Of a stretch of DNA of 64,000 nucleotides, positions 38,038-46,272 are shown in pieces. Made by a program: the position numbers and the translations under genes. The DNA lies in contig OY760505.1 in assembly GCA_963663545.1 (NCBI GenBank), positions 544,001-608,000 on the forward strand, given 5' to 3'. Within the stretch, counting starts at the first letter, position 1, and the number at the start of each line of letters is the position of its first letter. The notes beneath the pieces are model-generated. The model was given only the letters and a program-made list of their open reading frames with translations. It did no database searches and was not told the origin of the DNA. The DNA comes from Candidatus Delongbacteria bacterium (GTDB taxonomy: Bacteria > CAIWAD01).

Positions 38038-40866
38038 CTACCTGGATACGGGAGTCGTGACCGTATCGCCATCGGGTGTTACGGTTTGCCCTCCCTCCAG
38101 CGCACAAATTCGGTAGAAGCGAAGGGTAGATTCGACGGGCAGCAACTCGTGATACAAAGTATCCGTCTGTGTCCGAACGAGTGTAGCAGGACCCGGCGTG
38201 AAATCGGCCCTGTTACTAGCGTAAATCTGGTAACCACCAATGACCACCGGTCCCTCGCCATACATATCGGTTGTTGGCGCCGACCATTGCAGATACAGCT
38301 CGTTCCCCTGCAATTGAATGTGCAGGTCGTCCACAGCCGCCGGAGGTGCGGGTAGCGTGCGACCATGTATTGCCTGCGACCACGCGCTAATGAAGCCAGC
38401 GTAATCGACGGCGCGAATGCGGATCCAGTGATTGCGGTTGGACTGCAAACCGGTAATGGTAGTCGCCTCGCAATCAGCCTCTGCCAGCGCGGGATCCTGG
38501 TTCCAGTCGAAGATCAGATCCGCCTCATTGAACTGCGGCTGCTTGCTGATTTGCAGTTGGTAGCCGCGGAAAGAGACATCCTCGACGCCCTCGATCTCGA
38601 CGGCAAGACTGTGCCGACCACGTGCACCAAGGATCAGACCGGGCACAGGCGCTGCGGCGGTATCCACGCGTACTAGAATGTCGTCCGTAATGCCCGGATA
38701 GGTCAGGCTGTAACTCGGACCATTTCCCACGGTATCCCAGGACCTGAACTCTACGCGAAACTCGCCGTCGCGCTGCAAGTGCAGGCTCTCTGCCACTTGT
38801 ATCACGCTGGCATTGCTGTACCCCGCAAGCAGCTGCCACTCCTCGTCCGGTCCTGCGTAGCTGCCGTCGCAATTGTAATCCAAGCGCCAGGCCAATTGCG
38901 ACGCATCCACCTCATGCATGGCATCGGAGATGGTTACACCAATTCCCAGGTCGCGCGTCAGTATCCAGGGAGGATCGGGCTGCCCATGGGGGCGGGGTGA
39001 GGAGTAACAGGGCGGCTCGATGTCTGCGTGAACACCAAAGCTCCAATCGTCGCCAGGCCCCTCCAGTCCTTGTGTACCGGAATATCCCCAGTCACTGCCA
39101 TTACACGAGCGCGCGCGAAACTCATAGCGGACCTGAGTTGCATTTGCCCACAACTCCACAGCTTCGCGCAGTGTCAGTGTGCTGTCGTCGAGTCGACCAA
39201 GCGAGGTCCACGCCTCCCCTTCTCCTGAGTAGGTTCCATTGCCGTTGCGATCTATACGCAGCTCGAGGCTGGTCCCCAGTACACCGGCGGGGTGATACAC
39301 CGTTGCGCCCAAGGTGCCGCAGAGGCTATCCCAGACGACGTCCCCCGACCAGGGATCACTGAACTGAGGCGGTAGGGGTAGCGCGCTCAGGAAGTAATCG
39401 TCCAGCCGCCAGCTCGAGGTATACATGTTGAGGGTTCCCAAGAAAACCCAGGCGATCCGCAGCTCCTCTACGTTCAGCCCGGACGGAAGAGAAAGCGCGA
39501 CATCGCCATCGAAGTTTGTATTCCACACTTCCAGCTGGCTCCAAGGCTCACCGTTCACTGAAGTGCGCAGACTATGTGTGCTACCGATGGCGCGGATATG
39601 ATGCTCAAACTCGATGCGCGCCTGCTGCCACCAGCTCAGATCCACGGCTGGCGCAATCAACCACTCGGCATAGGGATAAATGAGGTATTGCTGCCCCGCT
39701 TGAACAGCATAATCACCTCCCCCCTCGCTCATGGCTTGCCAGGGATAAGAACGCGACATGGAGTTGCTTTGGACGGTCCAGTCCTCCGGCATGCTGCCAC
39801 TATGGTTGAAATCCTGTGCTTGCAGGATTTCGCGGTGTACTTCGATATCGATCAGGCAGGGCAACAACACGCTTTGCGAGGCTGCGTACCACAGGCCACT
39901 TTCCTGCTCCAGATACGCACCGCGAATGCCGGTACCGGAGGGTTCACCCGGCGCCCAATTGGTGTAGGAAAGCAGCTTTCCATCGCTCCATTGCCACGTG
40001 GCACCATCGAAGAACAACCCAAGCCAGGCGTCGTTTTCCGCTCGATGCTCCATAAACTGCTGATCGGCGGCATCGACAATCCGGCACAAGTGACCCTGCA
40101 ACGCCAAGGCCGCAGCCTGCGCATCCGTCCAGTTTGCATTCGTCTGACGACAGAGCAACTGGCGCCGAGTACTCGTGCCCAGCCAGGTGCATCCAGCGGG
40201 TAGGCTTTCCGGTCCGACCTCCACTTCAAGAGGCTTGATTACGCAGGCGCTATCGCCACTCTCGGCCCAAACGGTAAGCCGCAGATCGTAAACGCCGGGC
40301 TGCTGATAGGTGTGGACATAGCTCGCACCGCTAGCCCCATTGCCATCGCCAAACTCCCAGCGGCGCCGTACAAGCGGCAACATGCACTGGCTGCGATCGT
40401 GCAGGCTTAGCGTCAACGGCGCCAATCCGTGGACCTCGCTGCTTTGAAAGGCAGCGCTGATGGGTACCGGCGCGTCACAGTACACGTCGGGCAGTTCAAG
40501 CGCACTCGTTGGATTGTCCGTGAAACTCCACAGATACATGAACTGCCCGTAGGGCAGCTCAAGGTGGCAGCTAAGGACCTCCTCTTCGCACCTCAGGTGG
40601 ACGTCCAGCCAAAGCGCGTAAAGGATAAAGGGCAACTCGTCCTGATCCGGAAATCGAAGAATCCACCAGTCGTCGGACGCGACAGGCGCCACAACTACAC
40701 CCGCGATCTCGCCCACCGGCTCCGGAAAACCAAGCCCCACACGACAGCTATCAATACTGGCACCGCCACCGATCTGCGCTGCGCTGACGGCGATCCGCAG
40801 CTCAGCCCGGAGCGGGCTGCCCACTAGGGCAAGCACAAGCAGTAGCCATGCCAGCGTAGCTTTCAT
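38038..40866 (-). CDS. Large secreted multidomain protein (PKD, C-type lectin, FN3)
   Basis: Signal peptide; PKD WEFGDG..HTYQQPGVY; C-type lectin WTDAQAAA..GHL...AWLGL..WQWSDG..SYTNWAPGEP; FN3 ITGL...RIRAVD.AG. Confidence 0.8.
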   Translation of the reverse strand: MKATLAWLLLVLALVGSPLRAELRIAVSAAQIGGGASIDSCRVGLGFPEPVGEIAGVVVAPVASDDWWILRFPDQDELPFILYALWLDVHLRCEEEVLSCHLELPYGQFMYLWSFTDNPTSALELPDVYCDAPVPISAAFQSSEVHGLAPLTLSLHDRSQCMLPLVRRRWEFGDGNGASGASYVHTYQQPGVYDLRLTVWAESGDSACVIKPLEVEVGPESLPAGCTWLGTSTRRQLLCRQTNANWTDAQAAALALQGHLCRIVDAADQQFMEHRAENDAWLGLFFDGATWQWSDGKLLSYTNWAPGEPSGTGIRGAYLEQESGLWYAASQSVLLPCLIDIEVHREILQAQDFNHSGSMPEDWTVQSNSMSRSYPWQAMSEGGGDYAVQAGQQYLIYPYAEWLIAPAVDLSWWQQARIEFEHHIRAIGSTHSLRTSVNGEPWSQLEVWNTNFDGDVALSLPSGLNVEELRIAWVFLGTLNMYTSSWRLDDYFLSALPLPPQFSDPWSGDVVWDSLCGTLGATVYHPAGVLGTSLELRIDRNGNGTYSGEGEAWTSLGRLDDSTLTLREAVELWANATQVRYEFRARSCNGSDWGYSGTQGLEGPGDDWSFGVHADIEPPCYSSPRPHGQPDPPWILTRDLGIGVTISDAMHEVDASQLAWRLDYNCDGSYAGPDEEWQLLAGYSNASVIQVAESLHLQRDGEFRVEFRSWDTVGNGPSYSLTYPGITDDILVRVDTAAAPVPGLILGARGRHSLAVEIEGVEDVSFRGYQLQISKQPQFNEADLIFDWNQDPALAEADCEATTITGLQSNRNHWIRIRAVDYAGFISAWSQAIHGRTLPAPPAAVDDLHIQLQGNELYLQWSAPTTDMYGEGPVVIGGYQIYASNRADFTPGPATLVRTQTDTLYHELLPVESTLRFYRICALEGGQTVTPDGDTVTTPVSR

Positions 40867-40987
40867 TGTGTTCCAGATGTTGTTCTCATTGCAGGAAAAA
40901 CCGGTTTCAGAGCTCGGGGAGTATACTTGTTTTGCCTTCAAGTATCATTAGCATTAGCTGTGATTTTCTGTTTTGCTTGAGTGCATT

Positions 40988-42544
40988 TCAGCCGACTGGA
41001 TCCTCTTTCAAGCGACGCCAGTCTCCACTGAGCTTCAACCATCCGAACCAGAGCGCCAGATGCGCGCCCGCTCCCAGCACGAGCTGTTGCAAAGGCGTCG
41101 TTCCTAGACGCGCGGCAGCGAAACAGACGACGCCAGCCACCAGTGCCACCATACCGATGCGCAGCAATCGCATCATGGGATACATGGATCGAATACGGGA
41201 GTTAAGACTGCGCGCCAGTAGCCAGTTGTATACAGCCAGTTCAGCAAATGTCGCCAATGCGGTAGCCAGAGCCGGACCCAGCAAACCGACGGTGCGCACA
41301 AGGAAGAGGCTTAGCCCAAGGTTCAGCAGCAGATCAGAGGAAGAAATGGCCAGCACCCACTTGCCCTTTCCCAGTGTGTTCAGAATCTGCCCGTGGAACA
41401 GCAGCCGCAAGGGAAATAGCAGCAGATAAAGACGGAATGGCCCTGCCGAAAGGGCGTACTCAGGCCCCCATAGGAAGACGTAGAGCGACTCGGCCAGCAC
41501 AAAGAGCATTGTAAACAGCGGCCAGGTGAGCCAGGCCACTTTTTCGATGGCGCCCGCCAGCATGCCACAGATTTCGCCATTGCGTCCCTTGTGCTGCAAT
41601 TCCGAGAGTCTGGGGAGCATGACCGCACTCACACTACCGACGATTACGCTGACCACCGGGACTTCCATGGCACCAGCCTGGTAACGGGCGAAATCGGCTG
41701 CATCCTTGAAGTAGGCGGCGACAACGTTCTTGTCCAGATACACCGCAAGGAAGCCGACGATGGTGGTCGCCGTAATCGGCAGCGTGTACATCAATTGACG
41801 CTTCAGTTGACTCACGCCCAGCCAACGTAATCGCCAGGCCGCCTCGCGATTGACAAGGGCCAGCATCACGTGGGCGCAGATCAGGCGCACCAGGGCCAGC
41901 AGGGTCACCATGATAAAGGCGAAACGAAGGGACGCACTGCCGGAGGGGATCTCAGGCAGCCACTGCGGCAGGTCAGGGAAATTGCCCAGCAGAATGGGCA
42001 CAACGGCACACAGGACAAAAAGCGCGGCCTCGGCCAAGGTGAACAGCGCCAGAATGCGTACCCGTTTGAGAACAATGAACACCGGCTCTACAAAGGCCCC
42101 CGCCACCATGGCAAAAGCGTAGAGGGCAAACCAGCGGTAGTGGCCAATCATCGGCGGACAATTGTAGAAAACGGCCGCATGCGGTACGACCAGTGTCAGG
42201 AACAGCGCGTACAGTAGCCCCAACACAAACAACAAACTGATGCTCTGACTAAGAAAGGTCGCACGGGAGTCGCGCTCGTAACGCGGATAGAAGTAGTAGA
42301 TGGTGCTGGGAATGGCGAAGACAAAGACAAAGAAGAAGGTGTTGAAAAGCAGCCAGGTCTTCTCCCATTCAGCGGTAAAGCCCAACTCGCTGGCGAAAAT
42401 GCGCGCTACCGCCACCTTGACCAGCAATCGCGCAAAGGCCGCGCTGGTGCGACCAACGGAAAGCAGCACACTGTCACGAGTCAGATTCAGCCCCTGTTCG
42501 GTGCTTGAGCTACCGGCAGCGGTGGGTTCAGGACTGCGCTTCAC
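40988..42544 (-). CDS. Polysaccharide/oligosaccharide flippase (Wzx-like, MOP superfamily)
   Basis: About 12-14 hydrophobic segments; YLDKNVV...FARY..GA, VMLPRLS, WGPEY..S..PFRLY, GLLGPALAT; GTG start overlaps the upstream stop. Confidence 0.8.
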   Translation of the reverse strand: MKRSPEPTAAGSSSTEQGLNLTRDSVLLSVGRTSAAFARLLVKVAVARIFASELGFTAEWEKTWLLFNTFFFVFVFAIPSTIYYFYPRYERDSRATFLSQSISLLFVLGLLYALFLTLVVPHAAVFYNCPPMIGHYRWFALYAFAMVAGAFVEPVFIVLKRVRILALFTLAEAALFVLCAVVPILLGNFPDLPQWLPEIPSGSASLRFAFIMVTLLALVRLICAHVMLALVNREAAWRLRWLGVSQLKRQLMYTLPITATTIVGFLAVYLDKNVVAAYFKDAADFARYQAGAMEVPVVSVIVGSVSAVMLPRLSELQHKGRNGEICGMLAGAIEKVAWLTWPLFTMLFVLAESLYVFLWGPEYALSAGPFRLYLLLFPLRLLFHGQILNTLGKGKWVLAISSSDLLLNLGLSLFLVRTVGLLGPALATALATFAELAVYNWLLARSLNSRIRSMYPMMRLLRIGMVALVAGVVCFAAARLGTTPLQQLVLGAGAHLALWFGWLKLSGDWRRLKEDPVG

Positions 42545-45270
42545 TCACGCTCCCCGCTTGCTGGCACGGGTTCAAGATCCAGCTCGCGGCGCAAGAAAAC
42601 GCGCTCCAGCTCGAGGGCCGGATCCTCCGGCATGCGCAGAACCAGATCGCGGGCCAATTCTGGCCAACGGGCGGCGTAGAGCGAAAGCAACTCGCGACGC
42701 AGCACACGATTCTCCTCCTGAGCTGTGACCTCATTCAGAACTTCGCGACTGCCAAGCAGGCTGTCGCGCTCAAGGCTCAGGCGCGTGGCTGTTCGCACGA
42801 TCAGGCTTGTATCACCCAAGGTACGCAGCAGTGTCAGGCGCGCGTGCGGGTCAGTTTCCACTTTACCCAGACCCCAGGCAGAGGCACGGCGGACATCGGC
42901 GTCCTCATCGGCCAGCGCTTCCACCAGGACATCAAGAGCCTCTTTGTCGCCGCCAGCGCGCACGGCGATGTTCTCCAGCACAGTGGCCCTCAGACCAGCA
43001 CGCGCCTGCACAAGGCTGTCCTCCAACAAGGACAAGAAGAGATCGCAGTCGCCCACTTCCTCTTCCAGGCTCAAAACCCAGAGCGCCATGCTGCGTGCGC
43101 CCGCGCTGGCGGTATCCAGCACAGAACTCAGGAAGGGCAAGGCATCAGCGCCCTGCTCCAGCAGTAGATCCTTGATGGCGTGGCGCTCCCAACTGCGGCG
43201 ACTGTCCAGGATGCGTTCGCGCACCATGAAATCCAGCAACTCGCTGCCACGGGCTTTCAACTGGCGCTTGGCAATGGTCTTCTCCAGCGCCCAGCGCGGC
43301 TCAAGTCGAATGGACCAGACGTACAGGTGATCCACTGTGTCCAGGCTGTCGAAGAGTTCGTCCAGCTCCGCGCCCATGTCCGCCAGGTTTGGATTCCAGC
43401 TGGATTCCTCCACCACCTGCGGCTCAGGATCGGCACCCAACTCGGCTCGCAGTTCATCGCTGAGGGCCAGGCCGAATCCGCGACGACTGAAGCGCCAAAG
43501 ACTGTCCGCCTGGCCAACGCCCAGATAGCCGTCAGGGCCGCCCGCCTCCAAGAAGAGGCCCAACGAACCGCTGTTGCGTCGGGGATTGCCGTAGCCGTGC
43601 ACATTGTCTTTGCGTGCAGCGTACACGTCCCAGCCGGAAAGATCAGTGAGCACGCCGGTGCCGTTGGCACTGCCCGCAGCCTGGCTCAGATCCCAACACA
43701 CATAATTGTCGTTGCCGCCATCGTCCGCCAACCAGCCCAGGCCCAGATCGTGACCGCAACCCTGACTGACTCCGCGTGATACATAAACATCGTCGCCGGC
43801 GCCGTCCAGTAGCAGGCCTGCGGCCAAGTGAATGCCCGCTCCCTGCGCGTACTGATAAGAGATGTAGCGGTCGTTGCCCTGCCGGTCCACCAGCGCTCCC
43901 AGGCTCCACCAGTAGGCGCTGCCCTGTCCGTAGATGTCGCTGGTGTACAAATCGCCGCCAGCCTCATCTACCAGCAGGCCGATGCCGCCCGAAAGATCGG
44001 GGCGCACGCCGATGGCGAAGCCCTGGCCGAGTGTCACATAATGATCTTCGTAGCGTATCACGTCCAGGTAGCGCGGCCGCAGCAGATAGACATCGTTGCC
44101 CTCGGCGTCGCGCAATAGGCCCATGCCGCCGATGTGGCCAAAGGCTTGCGCATTGGCGCACGCGGTGTAGCTGTCGTTGCCCTCACTGTCCACCAGCACG
44201 CCAACCCCCATGCTGCCAGCGCCCTGCACGAAGGTGTCTCCCTCGTAACGATCGTCGCCGACGTGATCCACCAGCATCGCCACGCCGCCCAGAGCAGCGC
44301 CCAGCGCGATATCATCGGCCACGTACTCGTCGTTGCCTTCAGCATCAAGAAGCAAACTGACGCCGCAGATGGTAGAGGCCAGGCCCGGACTTTCGCTGCA
44401 GCGGTAACTGTCGTTGCCAGCAAGATCCATGACGACGGCCAGCGAACCGCGTGAAACAGCCACAGCTCCTTCGTAGCGGTCGTCGCCGCCAATATCGATC
44501 ACGATCGGCGGCAGCGGGGCGGTCCATGTGTTGGGACCGGCGGCACCGATTGCAACCCACTCGTCGGCGTAATACACTTCGCCAAATCGTTCGTGCGTAG
44601 TGGTGCGACGCTCTTCCAGCGCGGCCAGTAGAAAGGGCAGATCGAGGTAAAGGTGATCCAGTCGCAGCAGCAGTGCGTGCAGAGATGCGGGGTCGGGCAC
44701 GGTGGTCTGCTGAATGCGTTCGACCTTCGCTTCCCATTCCTTGCGTCCGGCGCGTTCCAGGCTGTCGGCGGTGAAGACGTTGATTTCCTCCTGCTCCTCG
44801 TCCTCACGTAGCAGGCTGCGCAGATCCTCCTCGATGCGTGCGACGGTATCCGCCAGCATCAGTCGCGTGTTGGCCAGCTTCTGCAGCTCGTCGATCCAAC
44901 TGCGCCAGCGACGCGCGCCAATGCGTTCGCCCGTTTCGCGAAAAGCAACCGGAGGAAGATGACCGCTGCGGGTCAGTTCCAGATTGGCCCGCTCGTATAG
45001 TCGCGACAGCAGGCGGCATTCGCCAAGATCCAGCGCCAGACTGTCGGCCCAATGATCCAGGCGGCGTGCATCATGCAGAACATCGTCCACACAGGCCAAT
45101 CGCAGGCTGTCGTGGCCCTCGGGCAACAGATCGAAGGCAAGCGCCTGCTCACTCAAGTTTGCTGTCTCAAGGCCGAGGTTCAGCAGTTGATCCCGCTGGA
45201 CAACCGGCGAGACTTCTGCGGCATGGCAGAGGGCACCCAGGAAAAAGAGCGGCAGAATGTAGGAGGACAT
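42541..45270 (-). CDS. Exported protein with LxDxxGxDxY repeats and C-terminal HEAT repeats
   Basis: About 10 repeats (IDIGGDDRY, MDLAGNDSY, LDAEGNDEY, VDHVGDDRY...) followed by HEAT-like LADEDADVRRASAWGLG. Confidence 0.75.
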   Translation of the reverse strand: MSSYILPLFFLGALCHAAEVSPVVQRDQLLNLGLETANLSEQALAFDLLPEGHDSLRLACVDDVLHDARRLDHWADSLALDLGECRLLSRLYERANLELTRSGHLPPVAFRETGERIGARRWRSWIDELQKLANTRLMLADTVARIEEDLRSLLREDEEQEEINVFTADSLERAGRKEWEAKVERIQQTTVPDPASLHALLLRLDHLYLDLPFLLAALEERRTTTHERFGEVYYADEWVAIGAAGPNTWTAPLPPIVIDIGGDDRYEGAVAVSRGSLAVVMDLAGNDSYRCSESPGLASTICGVSLLLDAEGNDEYVADDIALGAALGGVAMLVDHVGDDRYEGDTFVQGAGSMGVGVLVDSEGNDSYTACANAQAFGHIGGMGLLRDAEGNDVYLLRPRYLDVIRYEDHYVTLGQGFAIGVRPDLSGGIGLLVDEAGGDLYTSDIYGQGSAYWWSLGALVDRQGNDRYISYQYAQGAGIHLAAGLLLDGAGDDVYVSRGVSQGCGHDLGLGWLADDGGNDNYVCWDLSQAAGSANGTGVLTDLSGWDVYAARKDNVHGYGNPRRNSGSLGLFLEAGGPDGYLGVGQADSLWRFSRRGFGLALSDELRAELGADPEPQVVEESSWNPNLADMGAELDELFDSLDTVDHLYVWSIRLEPRWALEKTIAKRQLKARGSELLDFMVRERILDSRRSWERHAIKDLLLEQGADALPFLSSVLDTASAGARSMALWVLSLEEEVGDCDLFLSLLEDSLVQARAGLRATVLENIAVRAGGDKEALDVLVEALADEDADVRRASAWGLGKVETDPHARLTLLRTLGDTSLIVRTATRLSLERDSLLGSREVLNEVTAQEENRVLRRELLSLYAARWPELARDLVLRMPEDPALELERVFLRRELDLEPVPASGERE

Positions 45271-45413
45271 AAGGATCTCCCGAAGCATTGCGATTGTCCC
45301 GTGGGGATTTTCAGAATGAATTTCGTAGAAAAGGAAGAGACATTCAGCCTTGGACGGCCCAAGTCCTGTCTTTTGGTGTGCTTTTCTGGCATGCGCCTTG
45401 CCCCATTGCGATC

Positions 45414-45848
45414 ATGGAACGCCACTACTATCTGGAAATGATCTGGCCGCTGATGGAGCTTCACGCCGGTGAGCTGGAGCTGGCCGCGGCTCTCCTGCAG
45501 GAATGTCTGAGCGGCCTTTGCCGTCGGCATCACGGGGAGCTACTGACTTGCGCATTGAAGGGCGCGCAGCTGCGACTCGTGCTGCGCATGCCCGTGCACA
45601 TTGCGGTTTCGCGCTTCGTGTTGCTTCTGAAGATCAGCAGCGGTGCCGCCCTTGGACGCAGGTTGGGTCGGGGATTGCGCTGGCCAAAAGGCTATCAGCT
45701 GCGCTCGCTTTCGGCCGAAGATCTGCTGCTGGACTCTCCGCCGCCAACCGTCAGGCAGCAAAACCTGTTTGAGCCCACGATGCACCAGGGCCCCTTTTCT
45801 CATCCTCCGACCCCAAAGAGCCCCCTTGGAGTGCATGACAGGACTTGA
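45414..45848 (+). CDS. IS200/IS605 TnpA (Y1)-like protein lacking catalytic residues
   Basis: Fold signature L.RMP..IAVSRFV..LK.SS and RWPKGY..RSLS, but AQLRL replaces DHVHL and there is no downstream catalytic Tyr. Confidence 0.6.
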   Translation: MERHYYLEMIWPLMELHAGELELAAALLQECLSGLCRRHHGELLTCALKGAQLRLVLRMPVHIAVSRFVLLLKISSGAALGRRLGRGLRWPKGYQLRSLSAEDLLLDSPPPTVRQQNLFEPTMHQGPFSHPPTPKSPLGVHDRT

Positions 45849-45873
45849 TTCTCTTCTATCCTAACCCTATACT
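45845..45873 (+). promoter_or_regulatory. Sigma70-type promoter of rpmB
   Basis: TTGATT (45845), 17-bp spacer, TATACT (45868). Confidence 0.7.
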
Positions 45874-45938
45874 ATTTGGTTCTTGGAAAGATGCATGGAC
45901 CGCCGGTGAAGGCCGGCTTCGCCATAAAGGAGAATCTC

Positions 45939-46130
45939 ATGTCCCGCGTATGCCAGATCTGTGGTAAGGGCCCCGTGTCGGGCAACAACGTGTCCCACGC
46001 CAACAACCATAGCAAGCGTCGTTTTCTGCCGAACCTGCAGACGGTTCACGCCCGCGTAGACGGTGCCGAGAATCGCCAGAAAATGCGCGTCTGCACTAGC
46101 TGCATTCAGGCCGGCAAGGTCGTCAAGTAG
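45939..46130 (+). CDS. rpmB: 50S ribosomal protein L28
   Basis: [43 protein letters not shown]. Confidence 0.97.
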   Translation: MSRVCQICGKGPVSGNNVSHANNHSKRRFLPNLQTVHARVDGAENRQKMRVCTSCIQAGKVVK

Positions 46131-46272
46131 CTCGGACACGATACCAGCCAATTGCGCGCTGTCGGCTTTCGTCGGCAGCGCATTTCCTTTTTCCACCCCT
46201 TCTGCCCTCCCCATAAGAAAAATGGGGCTCGCATTGAACCCCGTATCACAGCTTCGAAATTGAACTCAGGTC

